Assembly: GCA_016748015.1 (NCBI GenBank)
Contig: JAAOMT010000127.1
Span: 1-64,000, forward strand
Origin: Geosiphon pyriformis uo1
Lineage: Eukaryota > Fungi > Glomeromycota
Direction: 5' to 3'
DNA: 64,000 nucleotides
In this document: positions 39,760-51,446 of the stretch, piece after piece
How the letters are laid out: each line of letters begins with the position of its first letter
Numbering within the stretch: position 1 is the stretch's first letter
The notes under the pieces: model-generated
Told to the model about the DNA's origin: nothing
Database searches by the model: none
The model's input: only the letters and a program-made list of their open reading frames with translations
Translations under genes and position numbers: made by a program

Positions 39760-42700
39760 TTGTACTAAATAGTAAAAAAACTTCTTTCAAAAAAACTTTA
39801 GACTCTTTTTTGGGAATTTTGGATGAAAAAGAGGTTTTTTGAATTTTTGAATCTTCTAAATTACCTGTAATAATAATAACTAATTTGTTAACTAGTATAA
39901 TTTATCTTTTTAGAATAATTGAATCCTTTGTAATTAGTTTTAATAGATACAAATTATATTTATTTATTTTTGGTTTAAATAATAATATGAGAGTTTATAT
40001 AAATATATAATATTGTTTTGTTTAATCTGAATGACTAGTTATATATAATAAATATATAAATTATGTTTAATCTAAGTTATTTAGTTTAATTCTGTATACT
40101 AGATAGCAATTAAACTTTACTTATTAATTAATTATGATAAAAAAAATTTTTTTAGATTTAACAAAAAATAAAAAAATTACTTATGTTTAAACTAATATAT
40201 TAAATTATATAATTAATAAAATTTATTACAGTTTTATTATTGTTAATAAAAATATTATTGATTTTAAAAAATTTGTTTGTAATATTTAAAATAATTTATA
40301 TAATTGTATAATTATTTTTAATTTAAATTATGTTATTTATAAATATTTTAACTATAAAATAAAAAATTAATCTTATAATATTCTTAATTTTTTCAGTTTT
40401 AATTACAGATTTTAAGTTAATTTTATAATTATATAAATGTTTATACTTATTTATTTTATACAAAAAAAATCATAAAAAATTTTTATAATAGAAAAAAAAC
40501 TTTACTTTAATCTAAATTATTATATATTATATAATTTGTTATTAAACCAAATTTTGTTATAATTTTATTTATTTTATTATTATAAATATGTTTAAAAAAC
40601 CTAAATTTATTAATTCAGATTTTAATTATATTATTTTTGAAATAAAGCTAATTTATTAAATTTACAGTAAAAATAAACATATAAATAAAAATTTTTTTAA
40701 GTACAAAAAATTATTTTTTGCTGTTTTTATCAAAGTTATTAAATACATATTTATTAAAATACTTTTTTATTTATAAAACTTAAAAATTATTAAAATTTAA
40801 GTTTTTTTTATTTATTTAAAACTATTTTTATATATAAATAAAAATTTATAATATTTAACAAAAAGTTTATAACTATTTTATATATTTTATTTAAAATACC
40901 AAAAAAATTAATGATTTTGTTATTTAATATTTTTTTAATCATTTTTATTTATAATATTAAAAAAAATTTTATTATTAATATAATTATAAAAATTATATTG
41001 TAATTAATAAATATTAGAAATTATATTTAAAATTATATACTTCTTAGTTTATGTTTTTATTTATTTTGAATTTAATTAACTTAAATTCAAAAATAATGTT
41101 TTTATTAAATATTAAATAATTCAAAACAACTTTTTTAAAAAGCTTTTTTAATACACTTTTAATTTTTTATTTTTTATTTTTAACAAATTTTTTTATTTGT
41201 TTGTTAATAACCAAATAACTTTTTGTATTTTAGTTTTAAATAACTTAAAAAACTTATATAATTTTTTAATTTTAGCCAAAATTTAAAAGATTAATATAAT
41301 AAACTTTAATATTTAAAAACTTTTGAATTTACCAATTTTAAACTAATTTAATTTGATTTAAATTTATAATAAAATTTTTAATTTGATTTTATTATTTAAA
41401 CAATATGTTTTTAAAAATTTTAAATCCAATTTTTTTTATTTAAAAAGCTTAAATGTATTTTTTAACTAAAATAAATCAAAATTACAAAATTAAATTTTAT
41501 AAAATATATTGTTAGCTAATAAAATTATTATCTTTTTTAGAATTTTTTACATAGTATTAATATTAAAAAACTTTTTAATGATTTTAAAAACTTTATGATG
41601 CTTAATAAATTAACCAAAAATGTAATGGCAATTTTTTTTATTTGTTAGCATTTTTTAAACTTATATTGTATTTTTATTTGTCTTTATTAACTTGTTTATA
41701 AACTAAATTAAAATAAATATTTAGCAAACTTAATACCAAACCAAAATAATAACAAGTTTATTAAATATTATTTGCCAGTTATTAATTTATTAAAAAAAAC
41801 ACAAAAAATGCTTAAAAATAAGCTTATTTAGTTATTAATAAGTTTATAAACTTTATTAATGGTTTTTATCAAAAATAAAAATTATAAAATTTAATTTTGT
41901 ATAAATTATTAGCAACTCAATAATGTCATAAGTGAAAATACTTATTTTTATTTTGAATAGATAATATGTTATATATTTTTGGTAAATTTAAATATTTTTT
42001 AACTTTAGATTTGAAAAGTAAATATTAGCACTATTTTGTTGGTATTCAATATTAAATAATTGTTTTTTGTAATTACAAAAATCTTTAATATTTTATAACA
42101 GCTAAAACTTTTAATTAGTGCCAAGTTTGGTTCATTTTAACTTAAATTATAATTAAAAAAAAAGTAAACCTTTTTTTAATTAAATCAATATATGTAAAAT
42201 AAAATACTCAGCTTAAAGACAATTATTAAAATTATAGAAATACTTAACATTTATTTATATTAAATGTATTTTGTTAAACGATTGCAAAATACAAAAAAAT
42301 AATTGAAATAGCTAAAAAATAATTTTCAAGTAAATTAATACTTGCAACCATAGAAATTGATTTAAAAAAATACATTTTAAATCACGCTTTAAAATTGTAA
42401 ACCAAAAATTATATATTTGACATAATTATTTTATTATATTAATTTGCTACAATTTTACTTTATTCACTTCTCTTTGACTTTTCTAACTACTTTTTGTCAT
42501 CAGAAATTATACAAATAAGAATTGCAAAATTGGTTCACTTATATTATGTATTATGTATGTTAATTAATTTCTTTAACTCTCAAAAATATTTAATGTGATT
42601 ATTATAAAAATAAGAAAATTTGGTTTAAACTACTTAATATATTATAGAAGTAAAAACATCCTTATCACTAATAATATTTTTAAAGAAATAATTTTATTAC

Positions 42701-43416
42701 CTAAACTATATTACCTAAAAATAACGCATAAAGATGCTATCCGGCTTAGTTTTAACTCGAATCATGATCAAACTTTTAAAATTAAATCTAACACAAGGAA
42801 GAATTAAAAAAAAGTATATAATAGTTACTTAAGAAATATATGTATTTAAGCAGCAAAAATTAGTATTCAAACTCATTATAAATTTGAAAGCTTGCAACAT
42901 ATTAGTAAATCAAGATATCTTATAGTTGGTTTTTTTAATGTAATTATTTTATTTATCTATTTATTTTCTAAATCGTATTTACTCCTTAGGGATTTTAACC
43001 TTGCAAAGCTATCTATCAAATATTAATTATAGCTTATAAGGAGGATAATTAAGATTATCAAGGTTTTGTACTAAATATGATATAATCCATTTTAACGCCT
43101 TCCCATCGTTAAGAACCTTATCATATTAAGGTCTTAAAATAAATTCGAAGGTGGTATTTCGAAATAATGAAATAATGAAATTTAAAATTTCTTTTAGATC
43201 TGCTCGCGATATAGATAAAGCTCATCGTTCTAGTGATGATAGGTAACAGAAAAAAGGTTATATAAGAAAGTAATTTAGTATTTATTGACTTTCAATGAAA
43301 GTTTAGATTAAAATTTATTTCCAATTGGTTTTTATTAAAAAAACTTCAAATTATTGTTTTAATCTAAAAGAGCATAGTAATAAAACATCTAAATTTCTTT
43401 TTATCTATGCGAGCCT

Positions 43417-43845
43417 TTAGCAAAGCCCACCATAACCCCGGAATGAGGATAGTCCTCCCATATAGCCAGTGCCGTAGCCGAGATTACCATATCCAACACC
43501 ACGGCCGAGATAACCATCAATTGGAGCATACAGATTACTTTGAAGAGGGGCTCCAATAATTCCATCATATCCAATTGGTGAAACGGCAAGCGGGCTTACA
43601 ATATTTTTGATCGGGGTAATGGGATTGAGCACACCTAAACCAACTGGAGCTATGGTTCCAATCTTCGCAGCTGCCGTGGCAGGCAAAGCAGTAGCAATCG
43701 GGGCTTTATTGATAATTCCATCAGAGGGTTCCCTTTTATAAAAGCTCAAATGCGAGTTTGAATTATTAATAATTGGAGCTGATTGGATTTGGATAGCGAG
43801 AAGAATTGTAAAGAAACTAGCAAAAAATTTTTTAAAGGAGGGCAT
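43417..43845 (-). CDS. Small secreted protein, 142 aa: signal peptide, KR site, Pro/Ile/Ala-rich middle, Gly/Tyr-rich tail (copy 1)
   Basis: Intact ATG-TAA ORF with aaaATG context; GC-richer than its flanks; hydrophobic N-terminus with IQS|AP cleavage; FYKR|EP. Confidence 0.85.
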   Translation of the reverse strand: MPSFKKFFASFFTILLAIQIQSAPIINNSNSHLSFYKREPSDGIINKAPIATALPATAAAKIGTIAPVGLGVLNPITPIKNIVSPLAVSPIGYDGIIGAPLQSNLYAPIDGYLGRGVGYGNLGYGTGYMGGLSSFRGYGGLC

Positions 43846-44334
43846 TTTAAAATAAAATATTTTAATTTTAAATGATATTTTTTTTAAAGAGATTATTCTT
43901 TTACAAAGAAAAAAAATGCTTTTTTAATATTAAATACTAGGAATAAGAAGAATCTTATTTATAATACCTTTTTTAGTGCTTTATGAAATTTCCGACTTGA
44001 AAAATCGTCTTTCACGCATAAATTTAGATCAAATCTTTAAAAGAGATAGCATAAAGTAATAAAATTGCTTCAACTTTTATGGCATAATTCAAGTTTGATT
44101 TTTCTAGCATAATATCATATTTTCTTAAAAAGATTAAAAACTATTTAGCATAATATAAAAACCTAATTTAATCAGAAAGCACATAGGCAGGGAAAGAAAT
44201 GGTAAAATGATTGCATTATCTAAAATTCATATTTATGAATTGCTAAACTCTTCCCCTAAAAAAAGTATCCACTCATTAAAAAATAAAAAACTCCCAATTT
44301 AAAAGCAATTTGACAAAATTTGATAATTATCAAA
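43846..44334. promoter_or_regulatory. Putative bidirectional promoter (489 bp)
   Basis: Short head-to-head gap between the two ATGs; inferred from gene orientation only. Confidence 0.5.
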
Positions 44335-45294
44335 ATGATTAACAGTAGAGCTAAGCTTGTCAAACTTTTGGTCACTCTTATTGCTCTTTCGTCTTCTATC
44401 TTCCAAAGCTTTTATGCATCTGCAGCTCCTATTGAAACGCGTAGTTTTCTGACAGGGTATAAGCCAGTTATTCTTCTCAATACCGCCCAAGAAACCATTG
44501 CATGTAATGAAGCCGCCAATACTAATCAACTCGAGATCGAAGCAGCCAATGCAGCTCAGACAGCGAATACATATGACAATGAAGCTGCAACAACTTTCTT
44601 ATTCAATAAACGGAATTTACTGCCAGGGTATAAACCAGTTATACTTTTCAATACCGCCCAAGAAACCATTGCATGTAATGAAGCCGCCAATACTAATCAA
44701 CTCGAGATCGAAGCAGCCAATGCAGCTCAAACAGCGAATACATATGATAATGAAGCTGCAACAACTTTGCTTTTTAATAAGCGCAGTTTTCTAACAGGAT
44801 ATAAGCCAGTCGTTCTTCTCAATACTGCCCATGAGACTATTGCATCCAATGAGGCCGCCAACGTAAACCAACTCGAGATTGAAGCAGCCAATGCAGCTCA
44901 AACCGCAAATACTTATGATAATGAGGCTGCTGCTACTTTACTTGTCAACAAACGGAATTTCTTGGGTCAATATAAACCCGTCATTCTACTTAATAGTGCA
45001 CAAGAAACTATCGCTTCCAATGAAGCCGCCAACGTAAACCAACTCGAGATTGAAGCAGCCAATGCAGCTCAAACCGCCTGTAGCTATGATAATGAAGCTG
45101 CGACAACCTTTTTATTTAATAAACGCAATTTTCTAACAGGATATAAGCCAGTCGTTCTTCTCAATACTGCTCATGAAACTATTGCATGCAATGAAGCTGC
45201 CAACACAAATCAACTTGAAATTGAGGCGGCTAATGCAGCTCAAACGGCAAATACATATGATAATGAAGCCGCCGCTACCCTTCTCGTAAATTAA
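44335..45294 (+). CDS. Kex2-processed repeat protein (KEP) precursor, 319 aa: signal peptide plus five 55-aa peptides separated by KR (copy 1)
   Basis: ATG at 44335 (the ORF track starts at an upstream TTG); signal ...ASA|APIETR; 171-bp repeats start at 44443, 44614, 44785, 44956 and 45127, joined by NKR. Confidence 0.92.
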   Translation: MINSRAKLVKLLVTLIALSSSIFQSFYASAAPIETRSFLTGYKPVILLNTAQETIACNEAANTNQLEIEAANAAQTANTYDNEAATTFLFNKRNLLPGYKPVILFNTAQETIACNEAANTNQLEIEAANAAQTANTYDNEAATTLLFNKRSFLTGYKPVVLLNTAHETIASNEAANVNQLEIEAANAAQTANTYDNEAAATLLVNKRNFLGQYKPVILLNSAQETIASNEAANVNQLEIEAANAAQTACSYDNEAATTFLFNKRNFLTGYKPVVLLNTAHETIACNEAANTNQLEIEAANAAQTANTYDNEAAATLLVN

Positions 45295-46772
45295 AAGCAA
45301 ATTTTTTAAAATTAATGCTAATCACACACACGTTATATTTTTCCTGTAATTTTACAAGATTAAATAATTATGTAATCGAGTTTTATTCGGTTAAATTTAT
45401 CTTGAAAAAAATTTCAGTCCGCTTAAATAAAACTTGGTTATTTTAATTTGAGGTTATCTTAAATTGAACTAGGTCTTATCTTGCAAACCTTTCTTTTTCT
45501 AACGAGTCTTGAATAATAGCTCTTTTGAACTATTAAGCAATGACGAATCAAAGTCCAAAAATAGCTATTATGAAAATTTTATAAAATACTTTAACGCAAG
45601 TTCGCCATGAAAATTGAAAATGTAATAGGATAAATTATATGCTAAAAATATCGCGGTTTTATCATTTCAGGTTTATAAAAAAACAGTTTTTTTGGAAATA
45701 TTAATTCTGTATAATCATTAATATTGTATTAAACATTGATTGCCAGAAATTGTTATTAAGGTGAATAAGTGTGATATTTTGTAACAACTAAAGTTCATTA
45801 AGACTAGTTGAAAGTTGATTTGGTTTTTTATTTTTAAATGTAATTTATAGATAGTAGTTAGATTCTTAAAGAATATAATACATTAAAATAAATGTTTAAT
45901 TAATTTAAATTAATAAATTTATAATTTAATACTTATTCTTAAAGTCTATGAGATTTTATTAAACTCTTAAAAAAATAATAATAAGAATTCTAATGAATAT
46001 TATCTGGACAAATTAAAGTAATATAATTTAATATAATTATTTTTGTATCTTTAAAGCTTTTTAATAAAATATAAATAAACTACATTATTAAAATAACCAA
46101 CTATTATTATTGCTTGTTTTGATGTAGTTTTTAATTTATTGAATTTTTAAATATATCTTCTATAACAAAATTATTTCATAAATAAAACAAAAAACAAGCT
46201 TTAAATATTGCAATTATAATGGGTATTATTTAAAATAGTAATTAGAATATAAATTTTAAAAAATATTTATAATATAATAAGTATTTTACAGCAGTATATG
46301 TTGGTATATTATTAAAAACAATTGCTAATAATTTAGTTTTTAACATCTAATATATTTTTAATTATAACTTTAATCATTTATTTTCATTTTGAACTTATAT
46401 TAATTACTTCTCAAATTTAAAATTTATTTGCTAATAAAATAATAAAAAGCCAAAAATAGGTTGGTTTAAAATATTTTTCTATTTATCAAATATCAAAATA
46501 ATTTTAATGCTGTTTTTTTTATGTAATATAATTAAATTGGCTTTTTTAGCATTTAAAATACTATTTAATAAAGCAGTTAATTAAAAAAAATTAAAATTAG
46601 ATTTAAAAATTTAAAAAATTTTGAATTATTAAATTTGTTATTTTTTTTTTAATTGCTTAATGAGTGAGGTCCAAACACTACCTAGTACTATACATCAAAG
46701 AATTGATCTAAACTAGGCATGAATCATGTACTTTCTACACATGACCAGCCACTCGGGCCAATCAGAACAACA

Positions 46773-49700
46773 CTATGCAGCTATATGAACTGATACTGAT
46801 TCACCTATACCTGAAAAAAACAAACAAGACTTGTGAAAACCAAAATAAACACCTAGAGCATTAGTGATGCCAAGTAACCTAACCACCTCTGCAGAAAACC
46901 TCTAAGCCAAACCATGAACTGAGATGATGGCCGAACCATCTAGCAGGATCAGTCCATTCTTCTCCATATATGCACGATGCTTAACACAAACCAACTAGAC
47001 ATCCTCCCTGAAAGCAAGACCAAGAGAGTGCACAAACTTGACAATCTTCAAAACAGCAATCTTGGGGTTGTGAAAGATGGAAACAGTCTCGCAAAACCAC
47101 TTATTGAAAACAAAGCCCTTAAAAAAAGCCATGGACACAGAGGAATCAGAAATACTGAATGATAACAGCTGCAATATACCTGAGGAAGAATAAGAGAAAC
47201 CAGAAAGTGCCTTCCAGGACCCTACATGAGAATCCAACAACTGACTTCGAACAGACTCGTCAACCTTGTAAGAGAACACATGATCCGACACCTCTACCTT
47301 ATCACAATACAAACACAACACGCTAAGATAATGTCTATTATAGAGGCGCTTTCGAACAGCAACTGGCAGCCGATGGTGTAAAGACTTCATAAAGTAAGTA
47401 CGCATACTGGACAAAGACCTGTTGGTGAAACCTGCAGCCATATGCAAATTAGAATGCCATACCAACAATGAGTGAGGCCAATCAACCTCAGAAGACAAGC
47501 TGCTCACCAAAACCCCAGAACCAGAACCAACCTCTCATTGTGCATGACAAATAGAATGATAAATATCATGAACAAAATGTCTCGAATTTCCAGAAACAAT
47601 ACTACCATCAGCTGACAAGAAGTGCTTACTCAAGTGAGAAGGAAGATACCAATTGGAGAGAGAAGTAGCACCAGCAATCGCGTCAGCACGCTTGTTTCTC
47701 AAAACACCAGAATGATCTTTTACCTTGTGAAAGCTAACCCTCAACTTCTTACTGCAAATCACGTTAACAATATGACGACGTTTGACCCAATACTGATTAC
47801 GATAATCGGAATACACCAGACCCAACTCCGACCTGCAAGCATCCAAAGCCGATTGACTATCTGAGAACAAACAAACAGAGCTTGATGAGAAAACACACTC
47901 CAGAGCCAAGGCAACAGCCTGCAATTCCGCCAAAGTAGACGACATCAAACCCAACACACTAACGCCCAAATCTAAACCAATGTCCTCAAAAAAAACAGCA
48001 GTGCCAGCTCTACAGCCAACCGTGCCATGATTACTAAGGGACCCATCTGTATATACTAACAGGCTGCTAGCACTGGTTGCCAAGAGATAATCACAAACAG
48101 ACACAATTCATCAGACTCAAGAATGTTTGAAAGACCACCATCACCCAAAACTAAAGACTGAACATGAAAAGATCTCACACTATTGAGAAACAAAACAGAA
48201 TGCTTGAACCACTCAGGAACTGGGCCATGGGGGTCCAATCTCTTCCACCACTTGAAAGTGTACCAATCATAGACAGCACCATGACGGTCATGAAGTTGAT
48301 CCACAAAGGCAATACTATACCACCGAAGGGAAGGGAGAAACCTAAGAAACCTTGACTCGCCCAAAAGCTCAGACATAGGCACTCCACCATAAGACCGAAA
48401 GGAACTAACTAAAGAGCCACCCAGAAACACATTGCAATCGAGAAGAACACAAATCATGCCTGCCAGAAAGTTATTAGATGCACTGACATAAATACGAACA
48501 GGAGAACTCAATGGATGAACAGGACGCCAACACAAAACTTGCAAGTCATGAGACCTGTAGGAAAACAAATAACCCAAGATACCACCAGAGTTTGCAAAAC
48601 TGACAAGGGAAGCAATCTTGCTTTCAGATTGAACTTGAAAAAATGACTTTAAACCATAAAATGAAGGGTGATAAATCACATCATTAGGGAAATCGAGTGG
48701 CAAACCAGACTTGAGCTTCAAACCTTTATGAATCAGAGCATCCCACTTGTTGTACACACCAACAGGAATAAAACTGAACTGAGTTCTGTAGCTGACTATT
48801 GGATGCAGAACTGCCAACACCAAATACAAGAACTGCTTATCTGAGACCACCTTCCTCAACACCAGATTGGTAAAAAAGCGAATGTCCGAATGTGCCTTAA
48901 CCAAGCTAGGCTTTGAAAGACCCTCAGTTGATAGAAAAATGCCCAGATATCAGTAAGATTCCCCCTTTTAGGCAATAGAAATGGGTGAACCACTAATAGA
49001 AAGAAAGGGATTGCTAACTCTGCTATTGATAGGAATGGCTACCATTTTGTTATTATTAATAGAGATGTCATTAACACGAAAAAATTCACTAGCAACATTA
49101 AGAATATGCTGAGTAGCCATCTGACTGCTGCCAACCCAAATCGTATCATCAACAAAAGCACCAGTGGCAAAAAAAAAAGAAAATCCAGCCTGAGGTTTGG
49201 AACAACTATTCTTGGAAACAAAGTGAGAAATCAACCTATACCCACATATACTCTCCTGTCTTTTGACTTCGCACAAAAAAGGATCATAAAATATGTGCCA
49301 GAGAAGAGGAGAGAAGACCTCTCCCTGGTCCAAACCATTATGCACACAATAACCACTTGTTAATCCAAAATCAGTCATGACTTGATTGGTACGATTCCTA
49401 TGAATACCGCCAAAAAACCGAATAAATTTGCTACACATCTTAATCCTGACCAAACTCTTCTTGAGATGCTCCCAGCCAACTGAGTCATATGCCTTTCGCA
49501 TGTCCTGTAAAACCAGCCAGAGTTCCCTGTTTTTTTCCAAAGCATTTTTGACCACTGAACCAATTGCAAAAATAGGAAACTGGGTCGTTGTACCTTTCAG
49601 AACTGAAAAATTGGCCCCCCGAAGCACATTAAAAGTACTACATGCCAAAGAAATCCTGTTAGAGAGGATCTTGGAAAGAATCTTGTGAGCCATTTCAATT

Positions 49701-51446
49701 AAGGCAATAAGACATGTATTTATCAAAACATTTTTCCACTCATAAAATTTGGGAATCATTAAGACCTATGCTTCCTTCCAAGGACCGGGCACTGATTCAC
49801 TAGACAAACAAGAGTTCAAGAGCACCAACAACATATCTAAAACCGACCTATCACAATGTTTCCAAAGCTCATTTGAAATACCCAACAAACCAGCCGCTTT
49901 ACCATCCGGAAGATCAGAAACCACCCCAAGGAACTCATCATACTCAATCGAACACATGACTTTAGAAAAAGCTTTATCAAAAACATACTCCAGCAGCTAA
50001 TATTGGAGGTGCCAATCATCCGAGACATTATCAATCACCCGACACTTCCTAGTCCAACCTTCTATGATCGCATCCACCTTGGACTTGACCTGCTTAGGTT
50101 CTAAAATCAAATCATCATCAACTACCAAATGATCCAGCACAATCTTACGAAACAGGCACTCTAACACACTCTTTATTGTATGATCTTTATCTACTTCAAA
50201 GCTTTCCATCCTCTTGTCAATCACAGACCTGATGTTTGCATCTTTAGTACTCTGAGATTTAACAAGCTTGGACACCCGATAAGATTTCTTGGCACCAAAA
50301 AGAGCAGAATGAACATGATTAGATTCCACACCAGATCCTAAACAACCGAAGCCTTGACACTGTTTAGAGAAGCCCAACACTTCATAAGAAAAGCAAAATC
50401 CACAGCACACCTCACACGAAACGCCTTAATAATCTTTGAAACCAGAAGTTCTAACTTGTGAAATCTTGAAGACTCTTTGGTAAAAATATCATTAAATTCC
50501 TTAAACCACTTTTTCTTGAACACTTCACTAGCCAAAAGAACTATTATCTTGTGAACAACATCCCATATTGCATCCAAATCTGAAAAACCCACAAAAATAG
50601 TGAACTCATTTGAGAATATTGTTGCATTAGCCAACGTGGCATACTTAAAATTGATCCATTTACCCTTATCAGCACCCTTGAAATCGAACTTCCATCTGTT
50701 CCTGTTTGCTTGTTTGCGAAAAGAGTTCAATTGCATATCCAGAAGTTCACCTAGACCCAAAGACACCAAAACAGCTTGATGATCTGTGTCAGAATGCTCA
50801 CTGACACCTGAAACATTACGACGTATCATCACATTGACCAGATTTGGAGAGACAAACATGTAATCAATTGTTCTCTTGACACTCCTAGAATTCTCCCAAG
50901 TGGGCATTTTTACAGCCAGGCTCCTGACCAAAGAGTTAATCAATCCCAAATCAAGGCACTTCTTGAAACTCGCACACTTACAAGAGCCATCTTCATTAAA
51001 ATCACTGCTGAGAATAACAAAGGAAGACTCATTAACAGCCTTTGCAATGATAGAGTTGATTTTGTCTGTCTGAGAGAACCAGACTGCTGAAGAAGCACCA
51101 GCATAAATTCCCAAAATTGACACAGAGAGCTTATTCTTAAAAAGTAATTTGATAGACATGAGCTGACCCAGCACCTCAAACACCTTACACACATGTTTCG
51201 CCAAAGAAGAGTTCATAACTACCACCACACCAGCACCCAGATACCCAGAATCCAAGCCAGTAGTAAACACCCAAACTCCATTAAACTTGTTAATGATCTA
51301 GGGTCGAACCCTATCCTTTAACTTAGTTTCAGTAAAAATAGAAATTGAATTGTCTATGTCCTTATGCCAACAAACAACATCACTCTGCTTCGCAGGGTTG
51401 TTCATTCCTCTAACATTGCATGTAGCAACTTTCTATACTAATTCAC
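46773..51446 (-). pseudogene. L2 ORF2 (APE-RT-RNase H-Cys/His finger)
   Basis: SDFNE, IDYM, TDH; QDMRKAYDSV, QGEVFSPLLW, AFVDD; VYTDGS, AELQAVALAL, FSDSQ, VKDHSG...AD; CLYCDKVEVSDH. Confidence 0.9.

Larger units (their letters stand above)
13052..39858 (-). mobile_element. LINE L1 (~6.77 kb net) with APE, RT and RNase H, split by Gypsy B and C
   Basis: Poly(A) tail (T-run at 13052); pieces 13052-15655, 25802-29875 and 39760-39858; 12-bp TSD aattacct(a/g)taa at 13040-13051 and 39859-39870. Net length matches L2. Confidence 0.9.
42766..45733. repeat. Left arm of a 2,968-bp inverted repeat
   Basis: Reverse complement of 54770-57737; corresponding positions always sum to 100503; both encoded proteins are identical between arms. 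Confidence 0.96.

Noticed and set aside
44320-44334. ORF-track start giving a 324-aa protein
   Set aside because: It begins at TTG. The first ATG (44335, aaaATG context) gives a normal signal peptide and 319 aa.
44299-44794. Overlapping ORFs 44299-44529, 44498-44794 and 43401-43589, plus their mirror copies
   Set aside because: Alternative-frame or antisense shadows of the real genes; the repetition in the 98-aa ORF simply mirrors the DNA repeat.
44335-45294. Dikaritin/ustiloxin-type RiPP cluster or alpha-factor-like pheromone
   Set aside because: The 55-aa cores are far longer than those products, there are no X-A/X-P spacers after the KR sites, and no tailoring genes are in the window. 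A distant modifying enzyme cannot be excluded.
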